Shown here in pieces: positions 26,705 through 41,199 of a stretch of DNA of 64,000 bases. The stretch spans positions 23,932,001 through 23,996,000 of the forward strand of contig OX597829.1 in assembly GCA_951406725.2 (NCBI GenBank), written 5' to 3'. The position numbers and the translations under genes are program-made. Position 1 is the first letter of the stretch. The number at the start of each line of letters is the position of its first letter. The notes below the pieces were generated by a model, which worked only from the letters and a program-made list of their open reading frames with translations, did not search any database and was not told the DNA's origin. The DNA comes from Octopus vulgaris. Lineage: Eukaryota.

Positions 26705-27233
26705 GCACACAATTATACATACATATATATACACACACACACATGCACGTACAAGCACACACGCACACATACACTAAGTTAAGCACAGTTACTCGTGACA
26801 CAACCAAACTCCATGCATACACACAAAAACACATACATACACACACACATACTACAAACAAAACACACTCACGATACATATACATACACGCACACACACA
26901 CATACCTCTTTGTTTTTGACCTTCGATTGGACCCTAAACACCACTCCTTAATTCTTACTACTAGCCTGCTAGCCAGTTGTTCGCCATACACACACACACA
27001 TGTCATCATTGCACACATACACACACACACACACACACAAGGGAATTACTACACCCACACACATTCCCCCTCTCACTTTCTTTACCATACAGTCTTTGAT
27101 ATAGCTCTCCTGTCTTTTAAAAAACATTATTCTTCTACTTTTACTACTTCCGTATTTTAGTATGTGACCTCGTCTGTATCACTAGCGATTTTTTTCCCCT
27201 GTCTTCCCTTCTCGGGATCTTTCCTTCTCCTAT

Positions 27234-27268
27234 GTTTCCGACGAAGAGCTCCGCTCGAAACGTCAAAC
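27234..27268 (+). ncRNA. Minimal hammerhead ribozyme-like motif within a PLE-type terminal repeat (~27130-27375)
   Basis: gttt-CCGACGA-a-gagc tcc gctc-GAAA-cg-TC-aaac. Helix I gttt/aaac, helix II gagc/gctc, palindromic ACGT helix III. The core has C in place of U4. Confidence 0.7.
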
Positions 27269-27516
27269 CCTCCTTCTTCCCTTCTTTCCTGAGCGTCCAA
27301 TAATACTTTATTTGTTCCACGTCCTTGCGTTGTTGTTTTTTTGTTTTTGCTTTCTTGTTTGGATTAACTTTATATATATATATATAGTTCAAAATTAAAG
27401 AAAACAAACTATATATATATATATATAGTTCAAATTTACAGAAAACAAAAGATGAAGACCTGTATACATACATATGAATATATATATATATACGTACTTA
27501 TATAATCACATATGTG

Positions 27517-27556
<40 letters not shown>

Positions 27557-28174
27557 GGCTACTGATCAAATGAAGTATGGCAGATGGTTGAGATATGTAA
27601 TGAAAGTTCAATGATTGGAAACTGACGTTCCCATCTCCATCTCCCCACCCCCCTCCTCCTAACAACCCTTTCTTTGCATCAGTTCAAATCAAGAATGAGT
27701 GAATGAATATATCGGTCGATATTTTTCCTTATTTGTTTTTCTAATTATTATTATCATTATTAATAATAATTATATCATCATCATCATCATCAATCACCAT
27801 TTTACCCCCTTCCTCCAGCTTATTACTATTTTTATTGTTGCTGTTGTTGTTGTTGTTGTTTCATCGATGGACAGAACAGAAATAGATTTCTTACTACAGT
27901 AATTTTCAATTAGCTTATGCTGTACTTCAACATTCTAGTGTCGTACTCTTCCCCTAACTCTGAAAAAATGGGTCGTCATTATGATGCTGACCGTTTTTTT
28001 TTTTGTTGGTTTTTTTTTTTTATACTTTATTAATTGGCTATTTGCCAATTGTTAATGCAATGGAGTTAGGAAGCAATATGGTAAATGCAGTCGACTGGAG
28101 TTTGCCTAGTTACAAACCTAATGGCTATCTTATTGACTTAGCATGTTCTCTCTTTGCTCTCTCTCTCTCTCTTT

Positions 28175-28710
28175 CACCTGTTTCAGTCATTTGACTGCAG
28201 CCATGCTGGAGCACCACCTTTAGTCGAGCAAATCAACTCCAGGACTTATTCTTTGTAAGCCTAGTACTTATTCTGTCTGTCTCTTTTGCCGAACTGCTAA
28301 GTTATGGGGATGTAAATACACCAGCATCAAGCAATGATGGGGGGACAAACACATACACACACGCGCATGCACACACACACACACATACATATACACATAT
28401 GTGCCGGTGGCACGTAAAAAGCACCATCCGTTCGTGGCCATTGCCAGCCTCACCTGTCCCCCGTGCTGGTGGCACGTAAAAAGCACCATCCGTCCGTGGC
28501 CATTTGCCAGCTCCATCTGGCACCTGTGCAGGTGACACGTAAAAAGCACCCACTACACTCATGGAGTGATTGGCGTTAGGAAGGGCATCCAGCCGTAGAA
28601 ACACTGCCAGATCAGACTGGGCCTGATGCAGCCTTCTGGCTTCACAGACCCCAGTTGAACCATCCAACCCATGCTAGCATGGAAAGCGGACGCTAAATGA
28701 TGATGATGAT
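28175..28710. mobile_element. Family A SINE (-) interrupted by a family C element (+, ~28400-28710)
   Basis: Family A tail and body, then the family C module ending (gat)n, then family A resumes (atacgacgggtttctttc). Confidence 0.8.
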
Positions 28711-29762
28711 ATATACGACGGGTTTCTTTCATCCAACTTTCACAACCACCATACTATTCACATTAAAGTGGTTGGTTAAATGAACAGAGGAAGTATATAG
28801 TCCCCCTCTTGTCCTGTCTCACCTATGACTGTTCAACCTCTCCGGTGTTGGTGCCACAAGTAAAATGCACTCAGTACACACTGTAAAGTAGTTGGCATGA
28901 CGAAGGGTGTCCATCTGTAGATGTTAACCCAAATTACATGAAAATCCAGTTTTAAATATGTTCTCATCCAACTGGAGCCAGCATGGAAAAAAGACATTAA
29001 TCAACCGAATACAACAAAAATACACACACACATACTCCACTGCAAAGTTTCCATCTAACAAATTCCTTTCTCAAGGCATTGGTCAACTTAAGGCCATTGT
29101 AGAAGATAGTTGTGAAAGGTAGCACAATGGTGCAATTGAACCTAAAACCTTGTGGTTATGAAGCAGATATCTCATCTTACCACACAACCATCCCTGTGTC
29201 CTTAAATTCTTTTAAATTCTGAGTTCAAATCCTTCTGAAGTAGACTTTACTATTAGGATCCACTCATTTTACCATTCTGTCATCATCATTATTAGTATTA
29301 TCATCATCAAGGGGGCAAGCTGGCAAAGTCGTTAACATACTAGGCAAAATACTTAACAGTATTTTGTCCAATGCTATGTCCTGAGTTTGAATTTCGCTGA
29401 GGTTCACTTTGCCCTTCATCGTTTTGGGGTTGATAAAATAAGTACCAGTTGAGACTGGGGCCGATGTAATCGACTTACCCACTTCCCTCGAAATTTCTGA
29501 CCTTGTGCCTATAGTAGAAAGGATTATCATCATCATCATTCATATAATGTCCTTATTATATAAGGACTGCATCATGCGCCAGTGTCTGCTATGGAATGGT
29601 TTCTATGTGTTTTCCTTATCTAATGCCAAATGCTTTGCAGAGTGAACTGGATGTTGTTTTTTTTTTTGTTTTTCATGCTTGAAAGACCATGAAACCTAAG
29701 GCAAATAAGGGGTAGGATTCAGCTTTACAGCAATGAGGAGTTTAAATTATGGGAGAAGGGAA

Positions 29763-30168
29763 TTACTCTTTTACTTGTTTCAGTCATTTGACTGTTACCA
29801 TGCTGGAGCACCGCCTTTAGTCAAGCAAATCGATCCCAGGACTTATTCTTTGTAAGCCTAGTATTTATTCTATCGGTTTCTTTTGCTGAACCGCTAAGTT
29901 ACGGGGACATAAACACACCAACATCGATTGTCAAGCGATGTTGGGGAGACAAACACAGACACACAAACATATACACACACATACATATATATATATACAT
30001 ATATATGATGGGCTTCTTTCAGTTTCCGTCTACCAAATCCACTCACAAGGCTTTGGTCAGCCCGAGGCTATAGTAGAAGACACTTGCCCAAGGTACCACA
30101 CAGTGGGACTGAACCCGGAACCATGTGGTTCGTAATCAGGTTGCTTACCACACAGCCATTCCTACGCC
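29763..30168 (-). mobile_element. SINE family A
   Basis: Reverse complement of 11062-11460. Confidence 0.9.
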
Positions 30169-30907
30169 TATTAAATTTGCTCTGAACATGATGGAAGTTT
30201 TGTCTCAATCAGCTCCTCCTCACCCTCTTCTTCTGCATTTTCCTTTCACCGATTCTTATTCTTCCTCTTTCTTCTCTTGTTGTTATCCTTCCTTTCCCTC
30301 TTCTTCATCTTCCTTACCTTTTTTTCTCCTTTCTCCTCTTTTCCTTCCCTTATTCTCCACCTTCTCCTACTCCTCCTCTTCTAATTTTATGGCTCTGTGC
30401 CAGTTTAAGAGACCCCTTATTTACTTCCAGCAACTGCATTAAATCCAATTCTTCTTTATTACAAGTATTTAACAACCAAACAACACTAAATTAATGCTGC
30501 CAACTGAAGAGAATATATTTTACTGGGGTGAATGACACAACCCCCACAAAGACTGGAAACATCTGTTACTTTCATCATTTGGCTCTCTATGCCAGTTCCA
30601 CTCTTTTACAAGACTAGTTCCACTCTTCTTACAACTGTTGTACAAACATTTCAGTCAACTAATTGTATTGGTGTTATTTCTTTTCCTTGTTGATCTTTAA
30701 AATTTCAAACACCTCTTGAGGGAGTCGTTGCCTATTAATAGCAAGGACAATCTCTATCACAAAATGTTTTTTTTACCACACTACAGCACGTGTATAAGAT
30801 CCTGTCTTACATTTGTAGTTTTAATACTCTGAGCCCCACCCCATCTCGAATATTTACCACATGACCATATTATTGGTATTATTTCTATTTAATATGACTT
30901 CACTGCC

Positions 30908-31280
30908 CCGTGGTTAGGGCAGCGGACTCGCGGTCGTAGGATCGCGGTTTCAATTCCCAGACCGGGCGTTGTGAGTGTTTATTGAGCGAAAACACCTAAA
31001 GCTCCACGAGGCTCCGGCAGGGGGATGGTGGTGATCCCTGCTGTACTCTTTCACCACAACTTTCTCTCACTCTTTCTTCCTGTTTCTGTTGTACCTGTAT
31101 TTCAAAGGGCCGGCCTTGTCACTCTCTCTGTTTCACGCTGAATATCCCCGAGAACTACGTTAAGGGTACGCGTGTCTGTGGAGTGCTCAGCCACTTACAC
31201 GTTAATTTCACGAGCAGGCTGTTCCGTTGGTCGGATCAACCGGAACCCTCATCGTCGTAACTGACGGAGTGCTTCCATCC
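30908..31280 (+). mobile_element. Young CpG-rich tRNA-derived SINE family E
   Basis: gtggttagggcagcggactcgcggtcg...ggtttcaattccc head. The head is shared with 36560-36745 and the tail with 34515-34655. Confidence 0.8.
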
Positions 31281-31494
31281 ATCCATGACTTCACTGTGTT
31301 ATTTAGCAATGTTCTTTTCTTATGTTTTGTTATGTCACAAGTTATCACGAAAGAGATACAGTGCTACACATATATACACAGTATTATATACACACAATAT
31401 CACACACACACACACACACACACAGTATTATATATGAACAGTATCGCACACGCATTCACAATATCACATACATTCACAGTATCTCTTTCTCGCA

Positions 31495-32127
31495 TACTCT
31501 TTACTCTTTTACTTGTTTCAGTCATTTGACTGTGGAGCACTGCCTTTAGTCGAGCACATCGACCCCAGGACTTATTCTTTGTACTTTGGTCTCTTTTGCC
31601 GAACTGCTAAGTTACGGGATATAAACATGCCAGCATCGGTTGTCAAGCGATGTTTTGGGGGGGGACAAACATAGACACACAAACATATACACACACATAC
31701 ATACATATATACATACATATATATATATAACAAAATAATAAATAAACATATGCATATATACATACATATATGTACGTACCTACATCCATAAGTATATATA
31801 CATGCATATATAGGTACAGGACACCAAAAAAACGTCAAACACAATGAGAAACGAAAACATAAAAACAGAACCATGGAAACGGACATTCTTTTAAACAACG
31901 AAAAAACAGGGTACAAGACAAGGAAATATATATACACACATGCACACACACACACACACACATACGATGGGCTTCTTTCAGTTTATGTCTACCAAATCCA
32001 CTCACAAGGCTTTGGTTGGACCGAGGCTATAGTGGAAGACACTTGCCCAAGGTGCCACGCAGCAGGATTGAACCCGGAACCATGTAGTTTGTAAGCAAGC
32101 TACTTACCACACAGCCACTCCTACGCC
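31495..32127 (-). mobile_element. SINE family A with an unrelated insert (~31730-31930) in its microsatellite
   Basis: Tail at 31495-31690, head at 31960-32127. Confidence 0.8.
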
Positions 32128-32239
32128 ACTTCTACACACACACACACACACATACACACACTCAGCATTATATTTGTACAGTATCACATTCAAATTCATA
32201 CCACACACTTTCAAGTCTCTCTCTTTCTCTCTCTCTCTT

Positions 32240-32292
<53 letters not shown>

Positions 32293-32718
32293 TACACACA
32301 AACATACATACAATCCTAAAAGTAATTTTATGTTGACTACTGTGTCATTTTTGTTTCTTTATTTTACTAAAATCTCTGAGAATTACTAAAATTTCTCAAT
32401 GGGAGGGGGAGACGGAGAGAGAGAGAAAAGCAAACAGATGGTCAAAGAATTAACATAAGCATGGATTTTAGGTTTAAGAATTAAGAATTTCAAAGTGGTT
32501 TGTTGATGATGGATCAGCTACCAAGGTGGCAGTGAAGCAGCTGTAGCAGCAGCAGCAGTGGCAATAGTAGTAATAGTGGTGGTGGTGGTGGTGGTGGTGG
32601 TGGTGGTAGTGGTGGATCAGGCAGGAAATGAAGACTTCAGTTCAAATCTATAGGCATGGACTGAATTTTGCAATAATGATGGCCACAATAAAAGTACTTA
32701 TAAGCTATTGTTTTAATA

Positions 32719-33447
32719 TTTACCCTTTTACTTGTTTCAGTCATTTGACTGTGGCCATGCTGGAGCACCGCCTTTAGTGGAGCAAATCAACCCCAGGATC
32801 TTATTCTTTGTTAGCCTAGTACTTATTCTATTGGTCTCTTTTGTTGGACCACTAAGTTACGGGGACGTAAACACACCAGTATCGGTTGTCAAGCGATGAT
32901 GGTGGGGGACAAACACAGAAACACACATATACATCATCATCATCGTTTAACGTCCATTCTCCATGCTAGCATGGGTTGGACGGTTCGACCGGGGATCTGG
33001 GAAGCCAGAAGGCTGCACCAGGCTCCAGTCTTATCTGGCAATGTTTCTACAGCTGGATGCCCTTCTTAACGCCAACCACTCCGTGAGTGTAGTGGGTGCT
33101 TTTTACGTGCCACCTGCACAGGTGCCAGGCGAGGCTGGCAACGGCCACGGTCAGATTGGTGTATTTTATGTGCCACCAGCACGGAAGCCAGTCGAGGCGG
33201 CGCTGGCATCGGCCACGAGTCGGAGAGTGCTTTTTACGTACCACCAGACCAGGGATATATATATATATATATATTTATACATATATACGACAGGATTTCA
33301 GTTTCCGTTTACCAAATCCGCTCACAGGGCTTTGGTTGGCCCAAGGCTATAGTAGAAGACACTTGCCCAAGTGCCACGCAGTGGGACTGAACCTGGAACC
33401 ATGTGGTTTGTAAGCAAGCTACTTACCACACAGCCACTCCTACACCT
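32719..33447 (-). mobile_element. SINE family A with nested family C element (32932-33250)
   Basis: The family C module sits inside the central microsatellite of family A. Confidence 0.85.
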
Positions 33448-34514
33448 ATGACAACTGTTCTCAGGTTGAAATGGTATCAGAAGGAGAGCAGCAGTATGAC
33501 CAAAATCATAGAATTTTGGAAGATCAAGGAATTTAAGTGTAATAAGTTTCACAGTTTTAATGATAATCCACTTGAGATAATCTCTGCATTCACTAGGCAT
33601 TGGGATTTGAAACTATTTTATAACAAGCACCAAGTAAATCAATGAGGGAGCTTTTACATGTTTACCAATCTGGCTAGAAATAACAGCCAAATCTTCCTCA
33701 CATACTATTGTCTTAGAAAAGTACAAACATTGGATAATGTGATCTTGAATTCCTTGTCCTTAGGGGTAAAAAATGGAATGGTTATGGTTGGAATGTCTTC
33801 ATCATAAGTCTACATGACTTAGGACTAAACAACTCCCTGTGTTAATTGATCTGCTAAAAGTAGCAGTCAAACCCCCCTCAAATTACACCCAATGTCTATA
33901 CGAAAAATGGAAGGACACCAGACTTCTGGATATTAAAAATAAATGTGGGATAGTTGTGGTTGGGACATCTTTGATCATAGGTGTGCTGAATCAAAGCTGG
34001 CCTAGGGCTTAAACAGCAACAACACTAATTTTTTTTTTTATGTCGTTTCTTTAACTTCCACTGCTATAGGCAGCTACGGGTACATGGTTGCTAGACCTAT
34101 GAGAAAAGCACTAAATATTCTTAAAATAGCATATATTCTGCATTACTTTGAAGGATTTTTTGCATTTTGTACTAATGCAGGCATATAAGTAATTTATCAA
34201 TTATAATAATAAAAATTATTTACATGTTTTTAAGTTACGAAACAATTTGTTGTGATACTAGAATTTTCTTATTGTTAAATGAAATTTTATCAAACCATTT
34301 CTCTGTCATTTCTAACTTACATACTCCTTATGACTTGAATATTTCTATTGAAATATACTGTCTTTGTTTTAATAAATTTTGAAAAATTATGAAGAATTTA
34401 GTAAAATAATTTTGTCATAATTAAGCTAAAGTTTGGAAGATTTTAATTTAGATCACTTTAGAATGTATTTTGTGTCATAAAACCAGGGGTGGTCTCAGGT
34501 GGTGCGTCATTATT

Positions 34515-34798
34515 GGTACTCTGTCAGTTACAACGAAGAAAGTTCCAGTTAACATGCAAGTGGCTCAGCAGACACATGTACCCTTAGCGTAGTTTTCAGG
34601 GAGATTCAGCATGACTCAGAATGTGACAAGGCTGGCCCTTTTAATTACAGGTATAACTCATGTTTGCCAGGTGAGTGGGCTGGAGCAATGTGAAATAAAG
34701 TGTCTTGCACATGGACACAATGCATCTGCTGGGAATTGAACTCATGACCTTACAATCATGATCCAAATACCTTACTCATTAAACCACATGCCTTCACA
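34515..34798 (-). mobile_element. Chimeric SINE: family D head and core with family E tail
   Basis: ggagcaatgtgaaataaagtgtcttg (D core, reverse complement) and gtgacaaggctggccctt...acaggta (E tail, reverse complement). Confidence 0.7.
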
Positions 34799-35512
34799 GT
34801 GGGTCATTATCAAAACAGTTAAGACAGTGTACCTTGAACCACATTATTGTTTTCTACCCCTCAGCCTTCGTCTGTGAACTTAAGGTGTTTAAGATGATTA
34901 GAGGAGGAGCTTTTGGCTGCTATTTCTCATAAGTCGAACAACCATGCACAGTAATATATATTTATGAGCAAGTCCTAGGTATATAATGTCTTGATAAAAG
35001 ACACGGTTGTTTGGGCTGGAATGTTCAGTTATGACTGATGTAAGACTAAGCAACAACAATGTTTAAATGCTGAACTAATTAGTTTCCTCGTTATGTGTAT
35101 AATGTATATCTTAATGTAATTAATTCTATTCTATATTATTAATACCTAAGGTAGAGAAAAGGGTTAGGGTCAGGGGAATAATTGCTTCATCATATGACCT
35201 CCTCAAGCTTATGCTTTTAAATTGGGTTGTTTGACGCATGTCAGTTGAGTCCAGTTAACTCTAATTAGGTAATTTTACAATTTATTTATTGTACATATAA
35301 GTGCATATCTGTGTGCATATGTGTTGCTGTGATGCTAATGGACAGGTGCACTTTTCCCCCCAGATTTTTTAACCATTATTTACAGACTTTCATATCATCA
35401 TATTGGCAAACAATCATTGCCATAATAATAATGGTGGTAGTAGTGGTGTTTTTAATAGAAGTGATTGTTGTGGTGGCGATGGTAGTACTAGTAGTAGTGG
35501 TGGTAGCAGCAA

Positions 35513-35543
<31 letters not shown>

Positions 35544-35688
35544 TATATTTAGAGTGTAAGAGTGTAATCACCAGAGTACTTTGTTTAGATATTGATTCCA
35601 TCACTGACAATAGAAATAAATTTCCCTGCACCGTTCCACAACATCTGATGTTTTTCTGAATTCTTTTTCTTCTTTCTTCATCATTGTC

Positions 35689-35725
<37 letters not shown>

Positions 35726-36338
35726 TCCAATATCATTTCAGAAACACCAAGCATACAACACGTACACACATGCATTGACACTTTATTTTCTCACCTATTT
35801 ATTTCACTTTTACATCAAGTGTTCAATGTATTTCATTTTTAACTCAGTTTTTTTTCTTCTTTTTGCTTTTGTTTTGTTTTGTTTTTGTTTCCTACTGCCA
35901 CCACTGTTAGGTTTGGTATTTAACAGCATATTCAGTCATTATTTATATAAATTTTTTTTTTTTTTTTTTCTCACAATTTCTAACTTGTATTCAACCATAA
36001 AACTGTATTGGATTCTAGTTTATCTTGGCACAATCAACAGAAAGTAGTTCTGCTCTCAGCACAAAGTAAATACGGTAAATGACTAATTGTTTCATTAGAA
36101 ATTATGTCAGTTCTCATTCTCTGAGATTGTCAGATGATCTGTGTGGTGGTGGGTGGTGGTGGTGGAAGGGGTGAGGTGGGGGTGAACATGAGGGTGGGAA
36201 TTGTTAAACATATAGATTTCTTATTGAACCTGTGGCAAGGTGTCTTTTTTTTTTTTGTTTTGAAATGAGATGGTTTTTGTTTTATAATGAATTAACAAGA
36301 GCTTCAGGGATATCATTGGTACTTCAGAAAAACACACT

Positions 36339-36371
<33 letters not shown>

Positions 36372-36439
36372 TGTGTTTATGTGTATGTGTGTGTATGTGA
36401 TCTGTTAGATGTGTACTGTTGAGTTATATATAACATAAC

Positions 36440-36745
36440 ATCACCCTTTTCAAGCCTAGCCAGGCTCGTGGGCCCGGTTTCCTGGTTTCTGTGGCATATG
36501 TGTTCCCCCCAGCTGAATGGGACACCAGTCCATCACAGTGTTACTCATGAAAACAGGAAGAGAGAGTGAGAGAAAGTTGTGGCGAAAGAGTACAACAGGG
36601 GTTGCCACCACCCCCTGCTGGAGCCTCATGGAGCTTTTAGGTGTTCTTGCTCAATAAACACACAACGCTTGGTCTGAGAATCGAAACCGCGATCCTCCAA
36701 CCGCAAGTCCGCTGCCCTAACCACTGGGCCATTGCACCTCCACGG
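36440..36745 (-). mobile_element. SINE with family E head and a different tail
   Basis: Head matches 30908-31080. Tail reads gatggactggtgtccc...gcctggctaggcttgaaaaggg on the minus strand. Confidence 0.75.
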
Positions 36746-37798
36746 TTATATATAACACTGAGCAAAAAAAGAGGCATGATGGGGGTATTTGGAATTGAAG
36801 TTGTCATCATCCCCATCATCATTTAATGTCCATGTTCCATGCTGGCATGATTTGCTTTGTTTGACAGGATCCAAATGAGTCCTGCATCATACTCCAATGT
36901 CTGTTTTGATATAGTTTCTATAACTGTTTGCCTTTCATAATGCCAACTACTTTACAATATGTATTGGGTGCTTTTTTTCTCCCGCCACTAACACTAGTGA
37001 CGTTGCCATGTAGCTTACAAGACTACAAACTCCATGAGAGGTGACTTTATGCAAGGAGATGAGGAGTTAAAGTATGAGAGATGGGGCCAGAGCAGAATGG
37101 GGTTCCTTACTATAGAGGAGCCACATGGCTACTCATATTTCAGAAGAGAGGGTAGTGGGGTGATTGAGTGGAGCTGAGAAGAGATAAAAATAGTGGTGAT
37201 GAGGTATCAGGGTGAATCTTTAAGGTACGAGATGAGTAGAAGTGAGTGAGGATAAAAGAATCAGAAGTGTGGGTATGTAGAGTTTGCAAGAAAGTGTTGG
37301 GAAAGTGAGAGGTGAGGAATGGATGAAGGAGCAAATATAGTGAAAGAAGAATAGATGTTGAGGGATAAGTAAGGGAAGTAGGGAAGAGTAGGTAACAACT
37401 GTAGAGATTAAATAACATTGAGTGGTTGATTAAGGAGGGAGGTAACTAATGATGTATTGGAGTGAAGACTAGCAGAAAAGTAATAATGATGATACAGTGG
37501 ACTGTGGAAGGATGAAACTGAGCGAGATGACGTTTGGTTGGGTAGGTTGCAAGAATATAGGGGAGAGATAGCCATAGTATACGGAGAGAGGGAGAGAGAT
37601 GGTGGATCAAGGGAAGGGAATCGATGTAAAATGTGGGTGGAGAAGACAATATTGAGGATGAGGGATGGATATGTAGTGAAATGTTCCAGATAGTGAGAAA
37701 GGTTAATAGTATCAAAAAAAAAAAAAGTTGCTGTTACGAATGGTGGGTGGTGATGTTGTCTCGGAAGAGGAAATTGAGCAAAGCACCCAGTTGCGCAT

Positions 37799-37843
<45 letters not shown>

Positions 37844-38336
37844 ACATCTAGAATTTAGTTTCACTGAGTTGGATGGGTCTTCTTGAGATCTGCATATCAC
37901 TAGTGAAGTCATCAGCTGTTTTATACAAGAGATTAATGCAGTGGTGTGAGCATGTGATACAAATACATACCATCAACAGACAGATAGGTAGGCAGATAAA
38001 AGCAGATAGGCAGGCAGAATGATGGCATATAGACAAACAGGTAGACAGGCAGATAAGTTGGTAGGCAGGCAGGTAGGTAAGTAGGCAAGCAGGTTGATAA
38101 ATAGATAGATAGATAGACAGACAGACAGGCGACAGACAGATGGATTTTTTTCCCCATTCTTACATAAATGAGATAATTTTCTATTAATTTTTTACACCTG
38201 GCTGCTCTTTATAATTGTAAACACTCAACCGTGAAGCTTGAGTGGAGACTGCTTTTCTTGTCTTTTCTATTTTATATATTTTGTTCAGTCAGACAAATTA
38301 AGCAAGGGTCTTAATAGTGAGATGGAAAACTCTGAG

Positions 38337-38512
38337 AATATCCATGCAATTAGTAAGCAAAACCTCCCGCTAGTAGTATATTAAAATTTCAAATGGGCAA
38401 AGAAGGTAATGAAGTTACTGTTTTCTTTTCATAATAAAGTTACCTTCCTTGCCCTTTTGAAATTTTAATATACTACTAGAGGGCGGTTTTGCTTACTAAT
38501 TGCATGGATATT
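38337..38512. repeat. Near-perfect inverted repeat, ~73-bp arms, ~30-nt loop
   Basis: aatatccatgcaattagtaagcaaaacc...gaaggtaa / ttaccttc...ggttttgcttactaattgcatggatatt. Confidence 0.9.
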
Positions 38513-38939
38513 AGTAAGCCCATAAGAGCTTCTTTGTTGTTCCCACCACCACTACCAAATCCCATTGCCTGATTTTACTGGAGTTTTCTCCCTTGCTGCT
38601 TTTAAATTTGAAATACCTCTAGCATGAGTTGTCTAATTGCTGTATAATCTCAATTGATCACATTAAAACACTGAGACCCTGCAATGTACATTGAGAATGC
38701 TCACAGCCATATTATTGTATTATTGAAGCAAACAGTTATGTACTTTACATATGTACTTTATATAATGTACTTAATACCAGATTCAGGTTTCTCACCACAT
38801 AGACCAACACTTTAACTTCACAACTGTTGTAATTTGGAACTATGTTCTTTTTACCACTTTCAATGAAAAGGGACTTCAAGGTTTTAGGCAAATATATAGA
38901 CTTGAATATTGATTGCAGTCTAGCACTAATTTTATGGTT

Positions 38940-39275
38940 TAGGAGTGGCTGTGTTGTAATTAGCTTACTTACCAACCACATGGTTCTGGGTTCAGTCCCA
39001 CTGTGTGGCACCTTGGGCATGTGTCTTCTACTAAAGCCTTGGGCCAACCAAAGCCTTATGAATGGATTTGGTAGATGGAAACTGAAAGAAACCTGTCGTA
39101 TATATATGTATATGTTTATGTGTCAGTATTTGTCCCCACACCATCACTTGAAAAATGATATTGGTGTGTTTATGTCTCTAAGTACTAGGTTTAAAAAGAA
39201 TGTCATGGGGTCAATTTGTTTGACTAAACGCGTTGCACCAGCATGGCCACAGTCAAATGACTGAAACAAGTAAAA
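38940..39275 (+). mobile_element. SINE family A (internally deleted)
   Basis: Head and tail match 11062-11460. Confidence 0.85.
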
Positions 39276-39283
39276 GAAAAAAG

Positions 39284-39317
<34 letters not shown>

Positions 39318-39457
39318 CCTTGGATGGAATTTATGAATATTTAATGCATCGCTACATGCATTTCCATTAGACTGTGGCTGACATAATAGAATACGAGCAT
39401 TATTTACATATTTAAAACATTTCCCATAAACAAATTTAAAGTATATATTTATATATA

Positions 39458-40944
39458 TACTGAACCACAAAAGAAACATCACACACATGCTAAGTAGAAA
39501 CCAGTTTATTAATAGACTGCCATAGTATTGATTGTAGAGTGCTAATTAAGAAACTGTTCTTTCCTAATGATAAAACATCATTTCCTGAAACCTGTTTAAT
39601 GTCACACGATGTCCTGTGATGATGGAGTGTCTTGGATCCAAAGAGATGAACTCAATATCTGAAAGTTAGCATTGATTACCACCAGGCATCTTCTGAACAA
39701 TGAATGCACCAAATGATTGATGAAGGCCATGAGGATAGCATCTCACACTCTGTTAAAGCTTGCAGTGAGTTGTGCTATAGTTGTCAGCCTTGGACAGATG
39801 TCATTTAACCTTCTTTGGATTTCGTCCCACAAGTGCTCTATGGGGTTTAAGTTTGGACTTAGGGCAGACCATATCAGTGTCTGGATGTTGTGCTGTTGGA
39901 GGAAGTCTGTTGTCAACCTAACAGTATGGGCACAGGCATTGTCATGTTAGAACACAAGGTTCCAATGATGGGCAAAGTATGACACAATGTGAAGCCTCAA
40001 CACTTGGTCAATGCAGCAAGCAGTGGTTACTCATCTTGGCCAGTTGAGTGCAATCCTGCCCCATACCATGATACTCTATCCTCTCCGTGAGTCTCTTTCC
40101 ACTACACAGCCATCGGCATGACATTCACCCCTTCTTCTCCAAACTCTAGCTCTGCCATCTGCCACAAAAATGCAATAATGACTTTCATCAGAGAAGACTA
40201 CAGTCCTCCACTGCTGATATCACCAGTTCTGATGTTTTTGAGCCCATACAGACATGCCTGTCAATGAAGATCTGTGAGGATGGAGCACCTAGCTGGATGT
40301 TGACAAGACAGACTGAAAGATCTCAACTGGCAGTGAACTGTCTCTGCACAAATGGGATGTGATGAGGCCCTATGGTCTGCTGGCTAATTACATTGCCCTC
40401 CAGAATCAGTCCTGCAATTGTTGTCAGTGCAGGTGGCAATTTTGACATGCTGTTGTAACTCTCGGTCGGCCACTGCATGGATGATCATCTGTGCTGTTTG
40501 TGGAATTGTACCATTCTCTCAGCCCCCCAATTGTCCGAATACTGCAGTTCAAGTCATTAGCAATGAACCATGGACATTGACCAGCATTGAGACATCCAAT
40601 GGCTTGCTCCCCTCTTATGTTGTCTCAGTCTTGCCATGCTTGCTGTGTTCGGGAAACAGATGACAGTCTGGTAAATTTGGGTGCCTTTTATACCCAATGA
40701 ATCAACGTTTTGCATGTGCATCATGCTTTTTATAAAGATGTATTTGCAAGCATTACCATGTACTTGAAAAGTGAGCACGTTCAAACCCTACATGCAATCC
40801 TTGTATTTTTAAAAGAGAGTGTTGTAGGTCAATGACATCTTCCTGATGTCAAATTACCTAGAAATGTGATAAAATCCATATAATCTCAATATCATATGTG
40901 AAACAAAATCTTTTACAGTACATCATTTCTTTTGTAGTTCAGTA
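39458..40944 (-). mobile_element. Tc1-like (DD34E) transposon, near full-length and decayed
   Basis: TIR tactgaaccacaaaagaaa / tttcttttgtagttcagta in TA context. Minus strand carries MARL (ATG at 40637), CSGRPRVTT, WRTVVFSDES, IMVWG, HDNA and WSALSPNLNPIEHLWDEIQRRL, with frameshifts and stops. Confidence 0.88.
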
Positions 40945-41199
40945 TATATATATATAAAGCATGATAATAAAAGTAATAAAAATAACAAGAGAAATATTAG
41001 GGATACGGGCATTGGCGATGCCAGTAGAAATACTAAAGGTAAGGTTGACACTAATGATAATAATAAGGATAATGAGGATGATAGGAATAGTAATGTGTAA
41101 TAGTAATAGGGATAACCACAAGAGTAGGAGCTGCAACAACAATAAGAATAACAACAACTTCAGGAATAATAAAGATTATTATAATAATAATAATTTTAA

